Source: Rhodosorus marinus CCMP1338
Taxonomy: Eukaryota > Plantae > Rhodophyta
NCBI GenBank assembly: GCA_029953675.1
Contig: JAMWBK010000003.1
Span: forward strand, 124,001 to 188,000
Reading direction: 5' to 3'
DNA length: 64,000 nt
Positions within the stretch are counted from its first letter, which is position 1, and every line of letters begins with the position of its first letter. The notes under the pieces are model-generated. The model did no database searches. It had not been told where the DNA came from and saw only the letters and a program-made list of their open reading frames with translations. Below, one piece after another: positions 24,951 through 39,099 of the stretch. A program made the translations under genes and the position numbers.

Positions 24951-25884
24951 CGAGTTGCTCTCAGCGATTCGCATTCGCTTTTTCGCGTTTCAAGGTTGGG
25001 TATGCTCGTTTCTGAACTCGTGCTTGCGCTGAGGAGGTTCTCAATGTGAACGGCAAATTGGTTCCTGACAAGCAATCTTTGCAAGCCCGGTAGACCGCCA
25101 GTGATTGGACACAGGTCCCGCGCAATATATCAGTGCCCTGCCGGTTAGTTTTCCGTTCTCATTTTCTCAAGCCAAGAAGGACGGCTCCGAGAAGGTATTG
25201 CGGGCAATGGGATTGTCTAGACCCTGGAGCAACCGTATCCCTTTTGTTGCACTTGCCAATCTCATTCGAACAACCAACCTCAGAGACAGGTCCAGCAGGT
25301 CACGCACAGGGAGCGGCGAAGAAAAATTCCACCGATTCTCAGTTCAGCCCTCAAGCGCAAAGTCCCCCGTCCATGTCTCTTCCAGTCTCTATGGACTTGG
25401 TAGGCAAGAAAGGCGATGTAGCGTTTAAGTGTCACCCACGATTTGAGGCCATGGATAAGTGGTCTAAATTTAGCTGAATGCCAATTCCAGTCCCTTTCCA
25501 AAAACACATGAAGTCTTGTTCTTTATTCATTAAACTTTCGATAACCGTTCGTTTGGGGAGGTCGCGAAACGTTCTAATCTGCACTCAGGAGCCTTGTTCA
25601 AGCTATTTTGGCCCTAAACAATTGATTTTCCGACAGTAGTCGGTCATGAAGTCATCCCTAATGAAAATGATGGACCCTCATGATGAAAACAGGCGCTGAG
25701 AGGGGAGAACCGTGAAGCTTAGCAGCAATAGAGTGGATTGTCTCCCACATGAAATATGGCAATCGGTATCGAGTGGGAGAATACTATGTGGCAGGTGAAA
25801 CACGGGAGGGGAAAATCTCGGTGGTCTTAAATTTCAGGGGTCGGTGGTGAATGGTGACGGACCGGCGGTTGTGAGTATTTAAGG

Positions 25885-28443
25885 ATGGGACTGACTCAGT
25901 CTTCTGGTGGACTGATGAGGAGCATGTCTCCTTATGCGGCAGAATCGCCGACTAGAGATTTCCTTGGTGGTTCCATGATGCATGGATCTACTCCGAGGGC
26001 TTTTTGGGGCGAGCTATTTGCTGAGTACTACCTGTTGAGGACGTCTCCGAATGTTCCACACAGCCTTCTACGGTCTCTGCAGAGCGCAACCAAGGCACTC
26101 ACGAGGGCTTTTGCGAGGCCGGATCATGTCGATGCTCACAATGTTTCTATGATGTTTCGGGTCGTGGTTTCCTTTGTGGGCGACTACTCAGAAAGCATGG
26201 AACGGGAATTTGTGTCCGGTCCAAGCGCAATCTTCTCGGACAGCAGTTCTGGGAATGGTTTTCAAATTACTGAACAGCACGTCTGCGGCGGTGTGATGCT
26301 GCTAACGGATGTGGTAAATGCGTTCATCTCGTCGGGAGCGGGAAGAGATCGGATATACCTAGTTCTTGGAGCTAGCGCACGTCGTGAACGAGCTGGTGGG
26401 GATGGGCATCTGCTAGCCGGGGGGGAGGCTGTCGCTCGATCGACAGTTGAAGCTCTATGCGGTATTCTCGTGACCTTGGATAGGTCCCCAATCGAGCGAA
26501 TGATCCCCGTGAAACAGCTTATCACTCATGCGCTCGTCACTGTTCTCTCGGCCCGGTTGTACGCAGACAGATCTATAACAAGCGAGAACGTTGCGTTCCT
26601 GCCGTTCTTCGAACTGTGGGGCCGTAAGAATTCAAACGCTCACGAGCTGGTCCAAACTCTATTACGAAACACAACCGTGACAAATACTGGGGATACGCTT
26701 TCTGAGCAAAACTCCCCGTCTTCGAGTCCCGCAACGCCTACTTCGTGGTCGTCCGCTATAGTGGACATCAACAACTACATGGGAATTTCGCAGACGGTTG
26801 ACGCGCCGAGTTCCGAGAGCTTCAGCAGATTTCTTAGAAAGAAACCGCAGAAGAGCTCTTTTGGACCTCGACAATCCATGAACGAATCTTCAGGTTCGCT
26901 CGCAAGCGACCTAGGGCCATGGATCAACTCCCCGAGAACAGGGAGAACTTCAGCTGGCGGCTCGACAAGGGCAAGCTGGCCACAGCTAGCGAAATCCAGT
27001 ATCAGTATGCTGGTTGTCCTTCTGTTCGGATCCGATCGAGAAAGATCTGAACCGTTCACGGCAGCACTGCTAGAGATGTCGGAGAGCGAGGACAAACGGC
27101 ATGATGTGTTCGAAGTTGCTATCAAATGGATGGGAGACGACCGGGGTATCTTGCTCACCTATTTACTGCTCCAGAAGTGCAAAGCGTTTCGAAGAATGGC
27201 GCCGGGTTTGCTTCTGGATGGCGTTGAGAACTGTCCTCTCTTTGACGTGTTGAAGTTAATCACAAACGAACGCGGAAGCAGCGAGCCTCCAGAGGTTGTG
27301 TTCGTTCCTCTCATAGTCCTAGAACTTCTCACCGAGGATCCGGACATGTTGCAATCCTTCGAGGAGGTTAATGTGCCAGCACTGTGTCTATGTGACAACC
27401 TCTCGCTTTGTTCTCCGGAGGAGGCGATGTCCTGCAGCGAGGATGAGGACCGTTCGGCGTTACCACTTGGCGTCGTCGTTGTCCTTGCTGCCGTGAGCAG
27501 CGCTAGGAGGAAGAGGACTGATACGTTCCTTCTGACACTGTCTGTCACGATCATCGCCAACATCTCCCGCACCGCCGTTCGGGTAGTGGACCACGCCTCT
27601 TGGAGCATTATTACCCTACTAGACTCCTTGTCGTCACAATACCGGAGCTATATAGCGCAGGTGAGCAGAATAGTCGAATCGTGAAGCGCAGACCAAGCAT
27701 CTTGGCTGTGCTGGTTCAGGTAGTTTGTCCGACCTGAGACGAACGGGTCATGCTCTCGTGCTTAGGAACAGTCGTCAGATCAGGACGAAGATGGGGAATC
27801 CGACTCATGGCATGAGGATACTGATGACATGACCGTTATCCTTGGAACTATGGTTGAGGCCGTTGCTGCGTTCGTGCTTGGTATTGTCCCAATGGACGAG
27901 TCGATTTACCTAAAAAACGAGCAAGTTCTGCTTGGACTCCTGAAAATCCGTGAATCTATTTTTGACGTTGACTCGGGCGTGACCTTGATGATCGCAAAGA
28001 ACGAGAAAGCGTCGGCGGAATGTCAAGCCGCGTGTAAGAGGCTTCTCCAATTGTTGGACCAAGCCAGCGAGCGACTCTCAGGTGATAGAGACGCCTCCAA
28101 ACCGCAAGAGTCAGAGCGCTGTTAGCTTATTTGACAAATTCGAAACTCGTTGTGCTTAGGGCAAGAGCGGTCGTTGGAGGACGAAGAACTGTTGACCAAG
28201 CTGCGCGAAAAGCTCAGACTGGGGAAGCTCCATATGCGGCTCGAAAAGGAGGACCTCGATGGCCCAAAATTCCGCTACGTTGAGGAACGACGAGCGCTCG
28301 ACTTTTTCGCCCCGTATGTCTGGTCGGTTGAGCGCGGTGTTTCCCTAGACCCCCACGACTCCACCATGAGGTTCCTTACGATTACGCCTCCCACGATTCG
28401 AGAAACCTTGTCGTCATCGGTCAAGTCTCCCCTCGCTTCGTAG
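25885..28443 (+). CDS. DYM: Dymeclin homologue (N-myristoylated Golgi protein), about 3 exons
   Basis: Starts MGLTQS. Conserved blocks LLTYLLLQKCKAF, FVPLIVLELLTEDP, LPLGVVVVLA...DTFLLTLSVTIIANIS, and C-terminal FRYVEERRALDFFAPYVW. Intron 27661-27765 keeps the frame. Confidence 0.85.
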
Positions 28444-28663
28444 CAGGTATTCCACCTCCAGGTTCTGGTACCTTGTAATCTAAGCTCAAATATGTATTTA
28501 CATAGAATAACATCAAAACTCATAAACGATTGCATAAATATCCTTCCGAACGGGTCGACCTCATCCCTAGCAAACCTCCTGCAACGCTAGACCAGTCCCA
28601 TACTTCCGGGTGCGGAGAGAATAGTCCGGCAGGACGAGGAAGGCTCTGATTACAACGAAGTCG

Positions 28664-30606
28664 TCAAACCTCGGAAATCTTGTCCGCCATTGAGCCTTCC
28701 TCAGGTGAAGAGGTGACTTCGGACACTGCTTCGGCTTTAGCATCCAAAACGGAAGTGAGCATTTTGACTCGCGTCTGCAGGTAGGAGATTCGGGCAGTCT
28801 CCCTTTCCACTACTTTCATTTGTTTGAAGAGCTCTTCGTTCACTTCCTCCAGCGCCGTAAACCATTTCTCGGCGTCGTCCATGGCAGCGACGAAAAACGC
28901 CTGCTCATTGTGGGCGGGGTTGGGAAGAGCAATGCTAAATGAGAAAATTTAATATGAAAACTTTTTTAGCCTTGCTTCACCGTACCTTGTCGTCCCCTTT
29001 CAGCTCCTGCATCTCCACTCGTTGCTCATAGTCTTCAAGAACTTCGTCAATGTTCTTCTTCGCTTCTCTCTGACGAAGTAGCCGGCGAACCCACTTGCTC
29101 ACACGAACTCCAAGCGGTTCCTTGAGCTTCTCCTTTTCCAGTTGCTCTTCCGTTTTTAGATCGTAGCTCTATGTACGAAAGTGACAAAAGATAAAAGCTT
29201 TAGTCCGTCCGCACAGCTCTCAGAATAGTGGAGAAAGAGCTGGCTCGTCTCACGTCGTTGAAGGCCGAGCCCAAAATCGTTACGGGAAACGCCAAAACCA
29301 CAATCGCAGCCACCATTGTAGCTACTGCTACTAGTCTTCCGGCCCAGGTTACGGGAAACATGTCTCCGTATCCAACCTACAAGTTTCGATCCAGACGAAC
29401 AGAAGGAACTTATTTTAGACCCTACAAGTAGTACACGAGTGAGCGCTTCTCACTGTGCTCTGGCTATTGCTGGTTTTCTTACCGTCGTAACAGTCACAAT
29501 GGCCCACCACATAGAAACTGGAATGTTCTGATAGAGAGTTTCCTCGCCCGCACTATCCCCACTCGTGTACACATACTTTAGGGTGTCTTGATCGAGTTTG
29601 CAAAAGAGTGTTTCAATGTAGAACATCATCGCGCCGAACAGAATCACCAGCAACGCGAGGATCACAAAAAGAAGGACTATGCTGGGAACTGCACTCCCTA
29701 CAGCATACATGAACTGCCTCACCACCGTTGAGGCTCGACCCAGTTGCACAAGGCGAAAGACTCGAGCCACACGAAAAATCCGGAGGATGGAAAGAATCTG
29801 TATCCATGGCAAGCCAGCACAGGGAATCAGCCGTCACGTCAAGGGTAAGATAACCCCCCCCGGTTTCTCAACCCGATGCTACCGCACCGCCTTCCAGCAA
29901 ACCCAGAGTAGCCAGAAAGGATGTGGCGTTCGCCATAGCCAGGTTCGTATCTTGGCCCTTTCTCTGCCCTACAACTAAGCTCGTTTGAAAAAAGGAGCTG
30001 CAAACTTACCGCCGTGTTTCCCTGGACTGCGATCTCGATGTAGAAGGGAACAAACGACAAAAGGTCGATGATGTTCATCGGTTTTATGATGAACTTCAGC
30101 CGTTTCCTGCACAGGGCGAGCCGAACAACGTAGTCGACGGTGAATATTCCCGATAATACCGCATCCAGAATGAAAAGGGTCAATTCGACCGAAGGCTGAC
30201 TGGAGTAAGCTCGATACGAGAACAAGATCAGCGAAATCACTGACATGAAAACACAAGCGATAATGAGCAAGCAGTAGGCCTTGGCCCACAGACTAAACTG
30301 AGGGTCCGAGAGCGTGAAATAAATCAAGTCCCTTAGTGATAGCTGGTCCGCACTCGCCGAATCCTCTGCTTTCTTCTTCTTCCGCTGGGCTGCAGCGGTG
30401 TGGAGGTAAATCCACCGTGAACTCTTCATGGCCGAACTCCGAGACGAAGACCTCGCCCATTCCGCAAACCGTACACTCCTTCCGCCTGATACGTCTGTGC
30501 TCCTCTCAACCCCCTCTTCGTTCAGGGAGGAATCATCGGAGTCAATTACTATATTCAAGCTAGGGTCAACTGCCTGACCGGGTAAATTTTCTCCCTCCTC
30601 ACCCAT
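28664..30606 (-). CDS. Voltage-gated potassium channel (6TM Kv type), multi-exon
   Basis: S1-S3 (IFTVDYVVRL, NIIDLLSFVPFY). S4 ILRIFRVARVFRLVQLGR. Pore YQNIPVSMWWAIVTVTT|VGYGDMFPVTWAG spliced across intron 29482-29377. S6 IVVLAFPVTILGSAF. C-terminal coiled coil. Confidence 0.92.
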
Positions 30607-31848
30607 CTTACATTCCAAGGAAAAGAATCCCTCGACAAAGCGTTCAAGTATTTTGCCCGGGAGCAATACGGGTTCTTATAGGTCCCCGCACAAAACCGAC
30701 CTTTCCAAGCCCACTAGGCTTGTGTAACCCCAGTTTTCCCCTTCGTCCCTCGGCGCTCAACCCTCCGAAGGCACTTTCGCTCCTGCACTAACTTCAGTCC
30801 CTTGCTTTGAGAACAACAAAGGCTCAAGTTTTATACCCTTCCTCGGTCAGTGTTTTCAGGTGTTGATGTAAAAGAGCACTCCCCTCCCAAGCGCAATACA
30901 CAAAAATTTCGCCATCAAGACAGAAAACCTCTCCCGCCCCTTCCACGCGCCACCCTCCCGGCTACCAACCAGTTTTCGAGTTACTGAACCCCTTTCAGGA
31001 TAGACAAGGAGCTGCAAACAAAACCGTACAATCGATATATAATTGTACTAAGTTCATCCAAAGGTTTAAAACTATTTTCTATATTCATATACGAACTGAA
31101 ATCCGTTACGGAGTTTTCGGATATTCTATTGAGATTTCAAAAGCGGCTTCAGAACCCTGGGGTTCCATGATTTTTTTGCAAATCTGTAAGCACTCCCATG
31201 GCGGAAGGTTGAAGGTTGGGTTACTGATTAAGGGAAATCTACTATATTTTGGGGGTACACTTTTATTTGGAATAGGAAGGGACTGATTTAAAAAAATATT
31301 AAAGGATTTTGATTCGCCTGATCTTTAATTTGGACCAGAGTAAGCAAAAAGCTCTTGCCATGAGTGTTTGGAGGGTTTGGTTGAAAAGACTAAATGGGCT
31401 GCCCACTTTCACCGGTGGTTTGCCACCTCCTTCACTCAGGTTGCGTCAACGCTGCTGGAGCCAAACAGATTTTCCAAGAGTGCCGATCCTGTCGACAAGA
31501 ATGTAGCCATATAAGAACTCCAGACCTCGGACATGGCCAAGTGGTTGTAGAAACTCCCTCACCCACATTTTTTCTAACCTTGGCTATATCCAGTTGGAAA
31601 CGCCCTCTCCTGTTTGGTTTCTGCACCTGAAAAGGAGGCGGCTGCCAGGCAGCGAGAGGGGGGAGGTTGTGGCCCTCATACGAAACACCATAAAACATAT
31701 ATTAAGTCCTCTTCAGCAGCCTCAGCAGCGATCCCTCTGAGCCATTGTCCTTCCCGTCTGAACGCGACTGCTCTCTTTTGGGAGAATGGAAGAGTGTGGA
31801 AGCTTTCGTAGTCAGCTACTTGCAAACCCCCCCTTCTGTCATCGAATC

Positions 31849-33121
31849 CTACCTTTTCTCTCGTCTCTCATGAGCCAGTGAGCTACTGATAAGCCGAAAA
31901 TATGAATACCCGAACGCAGCGCCACCAAGGTGAGCTGCAAAGTCTATCCCGCTGAAGCCCATGATAATACCCATGATATCGACAACCACAGACGCCAAGC
32001 ACCTGCTCGAAAACAAAGGCATGCAGGCAGTAAGCGCGAGCTACCCGAGAGTGATCAGAACAAGACAACCAAGCCATGCTCTCGCTTGCACAATCTGGAG
32101 TCAACGGTTTCTTACATATCTTGAACGCTGATGGGCTTTCCAACAATGGTTGCCTTTCGCTCCGGAAACAGCTGTCAGTCGCAGAGACACGACAAACGTG
32201 CGTACAGCGATTGTGAGTACGCTCGTAACGCGATTCCTTTCAAGGTGTCCTCTTGCGAGTTGTTCACATGCACTACTCACCTGTGCGAACATAAACAGCA
32301 TCGCCATGACGCTGCCGGATGCACCCAGGCTGACCTGATCAGGTGAGCAAAGATCGGATAAAGCAAAAGTGCAGAGCACGGTCAGGAAGCGCTAAGAAAA
32401 CATTGCGAAATGGATACGCGAGGGATGCCTACCCGAGGGGAACGCCGGACCCTTTTCAACATCACGCTGGTAACGCTCGACGAGATTCCGCCAAAAACAT
32501 ACAGCTGCGTGAATCTGTAGGGGAAACGAATACAAAAGCCGCAATCAGCCAAACGGATTGTATAGGCAAACCGAGAACTTCAAGCTCAAGAACCGCGATT
32601 CTGGGGGAGGTGCAGGGGTCGTTAATGGATCCCAGTACCTGGTGGGATTAATGATTTGAATCAGTTCATTGCCGACATTGTACAAGACCACCATATTGAT
32701 GGTGAAATGAAGTGGATCGTAGTGAGACAGATTCGAGGTAAAAAGAGTGTGCAGCCGTCCGATTTGCATAGAATCTCGTGAACAGGTGAAATGTTGAACC
32801 ATGAATATCGATGCGTTCGGCCTTTTTTTAGAAATCCTCCAAGCTAGGAATATACAAGAGTTCATTCCAAGAAGCGTCAAGATTGTTTTGCCCTCCGTCG
32901 TTTTCGACCTCCTCTGCTCGGAGAAAATGTTGGTCGTCACAACAGAAGCGTGTTAAACACAAAGCTGGCAGCTCCACACAGTCTCGAAATCCGAGGACAG
33001 CAAAGCCTACCTTGAACGTCTCCCGAGAATTCCTAAAGAAGTTTCGGACATTGGTAATGGATTTATAAACGCTGAAAGAATACGACTCATTCACTGGCAA
33101 GTCCGTTGAATTGGCTCCCAT
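31849..33121 (-). CDS. Rhomboid intramembrane serine protease, PARL/Pcp1-like
   Basis: RLHTLFTSNLSHYDPLHFTINMVVLY. Catalytic SLGASGSV. After splicing, catalytic IDFAAHLGGAAFG. Stop at 31849. Confidence 0.9.
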
Positions 33122-34600
33122 CTATCTCGCGTCTTGCAATCCACCTTCTCCACCCAAGGTCCACCAGTTAATCCCTGACTGACCTGGAGTTAACGGCAAC
33201 CAAGGCAAGAGAAGCCGCTCGCCGATTTCCTAGCTGGGACCCGCGGTCGCGCCGGGAGTCCAAACAGCTTCCACAACGCACTAACACCCTCAGCTTCGGC
33301 ATAAATTTACCTCTTACGTCCCTTCTTTCACCAACTCGTTAACATGTCTGATGGGGACACACAAATTTCAAAGGAACGACCAGCCAGCCACAGCCCACCA
33401 CTCCTCAAATTTCCATCCACAGCTCACATACACTTCAAAATCACATTTGGGGAACGGAGGAATTTGAAAAATGAAGTTAGAGGGGAACTTTTTCATGCCC
33501 GAGCAACAAGCAGTGATTCGAGAAAGCGTTGGCACGGATACTTGGTTTGCACTTCGTAAGAAACAGGATCGAAGATGAGGCTTTCGTCTCATACGGGAGA
33601 AGACTCTGGGTCTATCGATAAGTTGCTTAGCGCACGTCTGGGAGGATATGTGCATGTATGAAAGAGCGGTTCAGAGGTTTCCATGGGCTACCGGACAGCT
33701 CATCCTCTTCGCCAGTGTTCAGCTTATCGCGAACATCCGTTCTCTACTTGTCAATTTTAATGCAGTAGTACATTTCGCGCGTTCACATACGACGCAAAGC
33801 TTCTTACCGTAAATCAAAGATATCTTCCCGAACAAAACAATTCTCTAATACTCGTATTTATAGCCGGATTCTTAATTTATTCTTAATTATGATACCTCTC
33901 GCATTCCGAGCTAGACAGCATCCATGGTCAGTCATTTTCAGAATTCAGTCTTTATAGACCTTGAATTTGACTTGAAATTTGTACGGACGTTTCTGGAAAA
34001 GCAAAGCGCGAGGTTGGATAGGTAGAGTCGATTAGAGGATGATTACTGGCGCGTGATACACTCTGGATTGTGTGTTTTGGGTTATTTGAGTAATAAATAG
34101 TTGGCCACCGTGCCCGAGGTGAAGATCTGGACTGGCCGTCTATGCGGATATAAGTGTCACTTGATTTGGGTGTCTTTTTCCAAGACAACTGATAGGTGAC
34201 AACCGTAGCCGAGAAACGCGGGTTTTGGTGGAGGAGAGTGCATTTTAAGTGGAGGAGGATCATGGGTATTACGAAGAAAAAAAAAATTGGGAAAGAGGGG
34301 AAGGCAGGGCGTTTGGAGCATTTTTCTTGAGTGGCTGTGGCTGTCCAGGTTTCAATAAGGCTTCGAGGCAAGGACAGATCAGGTGCGTTCAGATAGTGGG
34401 AGGGAAGCAGAAGAGATTGGAAAGTAGAAGCTTGGAGGTTGCTGTGTTTTTGGAGTCTGTGGATGTTACCTGAAGTTGGAGTCTGCCAATTTTTTTGTTG
34501 GGCTGGAGTTTGGTTGTAGCCTTTTCGGCGTTAGGGGTTTCGGGGTTCCGGCTTGTTGTAACTGTTGGAGGTGAAGAAGATTTTCGAGCGCTGAAGGAGG

Positions 34601-36369
34601 ATGATGGGAGGTTCTGTATTAAATCCAGGTTCTGGAAACCGGCCGCGTCCGGTGCAAGCTTTCGTCAGCGGAGGATTTCGGTTACACACATCTCGTGCAA
34701 AGGGTAGGAGAGCTGCCTGTGGTGTGAGCTCTGTTCGCATGTCAGTTATGGAGAAGGAAAGGATGGCTCAGGATTTTAAGGATGTAGATACGCGGGTCAT
34801 TGGAGCACTGGAAAAGCTAGGCTCTAGGAGGTTGACTGTCGCAGACGTGTCGTCTGTTTCTGGAACTCCTGTTCAGGAAACTGAGAAGGAGCTTCTGCTA
34901 CTTTCGCAACTCACGGGTGGAAAGCTCGAGGTATGATCCCTAGCAGTATCCGGATTTCGTTAGCTAGCTTATCTATTTTGGATCCAAAGTTCGAAGCTGA
35001 CCTTGAAAACCATGATCTGATCAAAGGTTTCGGACGATGGAGACATTGTGTACACTTTCGACAACAATGTGAGAGCTACTTTGATGAGCAACTCGCTCCG
35101 TGCCTCGATCCGGGAACAATTTGAGAAGGTATTTCGCCCCCGTTCAATATTTTGGGGTGTGATTGTGGCGTTTTTCCCGCGGATCTAAAAGGTTTCCGCG
35201 ATTCCCACGTTGAACAGGCCTGGCCGGTGCTCTTCTACTTGATTCGGATATCGTTTGGAGCGTTTCTCTTCATCTCAATTCTCACTGTGTTCGCTGCAAT
35301 CTCGATTATATCTTCCTCCTCAAGCGACCGCGACAGAGGGGAAAGGAGGGGGGATTATTACGACTCTGGGCCGGGGTTTGGAATGGGCTTTTTCAGATTT
35401 GATTTGTTCGATTTCTTCTACTGGAGCAGTTTCCAAAACACGTACTACGGCCCTCAACCGCCAAAGAATGAGCTCAATTTCTTGGAAGCGATCTTCTCTT
35501 TCGTTTTCGGGGACGGGGACCCGAACCGGGGCCTTGAAGATAAAAGATGGAGGGCCGTCGCAGCTACGATTCGAGCAAATAACGGGGCGGTCACTGCCGA
35601 ACAGTTGGCTCCATTGCTAGACCCACCGGAGGAGGGAATAAAACAGTCGGAGACCAACGTGGATGAATCGTACGTCATTCCAGCACTGCTGCGTTTCCAG
35701 GGAAGGCCGGAGGTGACGCCGGACGGGGACATTATTTATGTATTTCCGGAAATGGCCAAGAGCGGATTGAACGTGGACACTGTTCGCGACACCCGTGGGC
35801 AATATATCGAGGAGGACGAGTGGGATTTTTCGAAGGGAACGGGGACGCAAAAGTTCTTTGTCGTCGCTTTAGCGATCTTGAATCTGACCGGCGTGGTTAC
35901 GCTTGGTGGATTGCTGGGTAATCCGGTAGCACTTCGTGGTACCTCACCAGGTCTTATTGCAACGATGCAAGGCCTATTCCCGCTCCTCACAGCTTATGCC
36001 ACAACTTACTTCACGATTCCCGTCTTCCGGTGGATGTGGCAATCGAGGGAAAACGTCCAGATCCGTTTCCGCAACTCTGTCAGAAAAGCGGCAGCTTCGG
36101 TACGTTGCAGACTCCCTCTCGGTATCCCACAGTGATCCGGGTGTGGTTCTAGCTAACTGTTTTTCTGTTTTTGTCGTTTGAATTGTTTGATGTGACAGCT
36201 ATTCGTGCAGCCGAGCGAGAAATTGAGGAGGAAGGAGTTCGCCGCTCGCCAGTACACCACGGAGAGAAATGTCATCGGGGATCGTAATATGTCATTTTCC
36301 TCTGACGCAGATGTAACCCCGTCGGACGATGATGTCCTTGGACAGTTCGACAGGAAGATTAGTAGTTAG
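34601..36369 (+). CDS. At5g03900-like conserved plastid/cyanobacterial membrane protein, multi-exon
   Basis: Transit-like N-terminus. RRLTVADVS...GGKLEVSDDGDIVYTF, LFYLIRISFG, NFLEAIFSFVFGDGDPNRGLEDKRWRAVAATIRANNGAVTAEQLAPLLD, FQGRPEVTPDGDIIYVFPE. Last exon ends ...GQFDRKISS*. Confidence 0.88.
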
Positions 36370-36945
36370 ATCTATTGTGGTTTCGTGTTTTGACGAAAGC
36401 ACAAGTCGCCTTGGAAGAGTCCGTGCACTGGGAAAGATAGCAGATGGAGACGCAACCCTCCAATCTGCATTTTAGCCGTCTCACCTTGCAAGCCAGCTTT
36501 GTCCGTTGAGATTGAGTTACCGCTGGCAGGGCAACATGAGAACTGAGATGATTTGCCTCAACTGCCGAATCAATTTTGTGAATAAAGCTTGGGAGACGTG
36601 CGCAAGTCCTCAAGATCATAAGGGTTACACACTTCTGATGCATCTATTCGCCCACAGCTTTTCCATTTCCAATCTGCAAGTCTTAATTTGTAGCAGCCGA
36701 ACAGGCACGCATCAGCTTTTAAAGAAAAAAGATTCACAGTGGTCAGCGTCGCGCGAATCTCGCTTTTTCGGAGATTTGCGAACGGGTCCGCTGTGCGACT
36801 TCGTTGCGAAACCAAGCAGACTCAGCCTTAGCTAGCCATGATTGACGGCTTGGAGGTGCTGGTAAGGTTCAGAGAGAGGGTAGAACGCGAAAGGGCAGGT
36901 CCTTTGTTAAATGCTAGAGGGTTGGAGCAAGTAGTTAAGCAAGCC

Positions 36946-37392
36946 ATGTTAACAGCGTTTCAGGCAGGATGCTTCTTCCCGGGTGTGGTGGTTGGTGGTG
37001 AACAACGGCAGAACAAATGCGCTCGTATCGTTCAGCAGCTTAGGAAGAGATGTGAAATCGTTACCAGTCTGGGTCCTGGGCTTTCAGGGCTTTCCGAGGA
37101 GGGAGATGTTCCGGTACCGGACCCCAACTGCCAGAAATGCACGGGTTCGGTGAGTTTACGTCTGCTTCACTAGAGCAACAGAAATACGGACAGCCATACG
37201 ACTAACTCTTTCGTTTCTATCCTCGTTCAGGGGTACTGCGACTGTTCTGTTTGCAAGGGAACAGGGAAGGACAAGAAGGGAGGATCTATTCTTGAAAGGT
37301 GGACATGTAACACGTGCAAGGGCTTTGGATACGTTGGTTGCGAATGCATCAGCAATGCAGGGCTCACACCAGAGCAGCGAGGAACTCGATAG
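36946..37392 (+). CDS. DnaJ-like cysteine-rich zinc-finger protein (CxxCxGxG repeats), probably plastid-targeted, 2 exons
   Basis: MLTAFQ transit-like start. CQKCTGSGYCDCSVCKGTG...CNTCKGFGYVGCEC, ending GLTPEQRGTR*. Confidence 0.82.
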
Positions 37393-37732
37393 GTTAATTT
37401 GTGAAAAACTTTTCAAATGAAACACAAGGGAAAACATAATGTTTGTACTTGCTGAGTAAGGAGCGTCCTAGAGTTCTGAAGAACAACCCGCAGACGATCC
37501 GAGCTCAGAAATCAGCAGTGCATTTTCGTGCAGCTGCTGGGAGACGTGGGTATTTCGGGGCGACCAACCCAATTTCTGTCTCTTGATTCGAGGGGTCGAA
37601 TTTGAAGGCAATTACAAGACCAAGAGTGCACGCCGTTGCTATGGTCTTCTCAGGATACATCTACTTGTGCTTCACTAAGAATCTTTTTCAAGACAGCTTT
37701 TTCATCACTTCGAACTGTCATGGCATACGCAC

Positions 37733-38382
37733 CTAGCCACCGCCATCATTCCGCTTTTTCTCCTTCTGGAGCTTGTCCAGAATGTTTTCAACCTTGTATC
37801 TGAGCTTAGGTTGCCCTTTCCCAGTAACCTTTCTGTATGCCTTTGCGGACTCTGTCCGCCTCTTATGTGCTTGCTTTAACCTCTTTCGGCTTTCCTCTGC
37901 CTCAGCAACCTGTTTCTTACGTTCAGCATCTTTCTCCTCCCGAATCCTCTGAAACTCTGCCACCTCTTTCGCGAAAGGACTCTTCTTCTTCTCCCTCCTC
38001 TTCAGCTTCTTCCCCTCAGCCGCTTCGAGAGCACTTTTAGCTAAATGCCCTCCGCCATCTGCCTCTTTAGCTTCTGAGCCATGCGTATCACCTGCAGTTC
38101 CATCCCCTAGCTCCGCAAGAAGTTTCTTGTGCACCCTCAACCTCTTGAAGCGAGCATTCTTTTCAATCCTATTCTGTTTCTGCCTTTTCTCAGCAAATCG
38201 TCGCCGCTGGTTGTCCTCTACGGTTTCCACCAAACCAAAGGACAAGAAGTTTTGCTTTAGAAATACGTCAACAGAACATCTCAGGAGCGGTTCTCCTACA
38301 TCCGCTGGTTTGTCAGCGTACCTGAACGACCGAGAACCTTGTCAATGCTGACTCCAGCATTCCTACGTTCACTTTTCACCAT
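37733..38382 (-). CDS. Fyv7/TAP26-like rRNA-processing protein (basic coiled coil)
   Basis: Lys/Arg/Glu-rich. C-terminal KVTGKGQPKLRYKVENILDKLQK matches the family T..GQP.....L.K(I/L) motif. Probable short first exon MVKSERRNAGVSIDK at 38382. Confidence 0.7.
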
Positions 38383-39099
38383 GATTCGAATTTAGTCCTT
38401 GGAAAGATGTTCACGTCAGGACACCGCAGCCGCAATATTCGCTAGGCCCTCCCCAAGTCTAAAAGGGATGCCCCGAAGCACATGCTGACTCGGCCGAGAG
38501 AAACGAACGGCCAATGACGTGTGGCGTTACGGTTGCTGGGAACAACGCCGCGAGGGTGTCTTTGAAGACCATGGTGCAAACCAGGAACTTTGTCCGGTGG
38601 ACTAGGAGCTGGGCAGTCTTTTCTTGGGTACTTAGTTACCGCTGTTGCGACTCTGCTGAAGCGAGGCGCTCTAGTGGACGTCAGGTTTGGTTTTTCCCAC
38701 GTTTGGGTTTTTTGACAAGGCCGTTGGGCCTCGCGTAAGAACAGGAGGGTCTCCTGTATATCGCTTCCCTCCAACAAGAGTCTAAACGATATCCGCAGAA
38801 ATGAGTACTATAGACTGCGAGTCTGTCGGGCGGCACAAGGTAGTACTACTCGGAAAGCATGCCGAACCCCAAAAATGAGGGCATGAAGCGACCCAAGCTA
38901 TCCATGGCCCGGCCGGGGGGGGGGAAGCAGTGGTGGTTTCTACAGCAGATCGGAGGCTCTGCCATACAACGCGGAAATCATCACTTTCATAGAAGCGCAC
39001 AGTATGGTTGTACATGTCAGGTGATCGGCCCGGGCTGAATCGATAGGCACTGAAGCAGAAGGACTTAATCCCCGGTCCAATTTCCTTGGCGGTTTAGTT

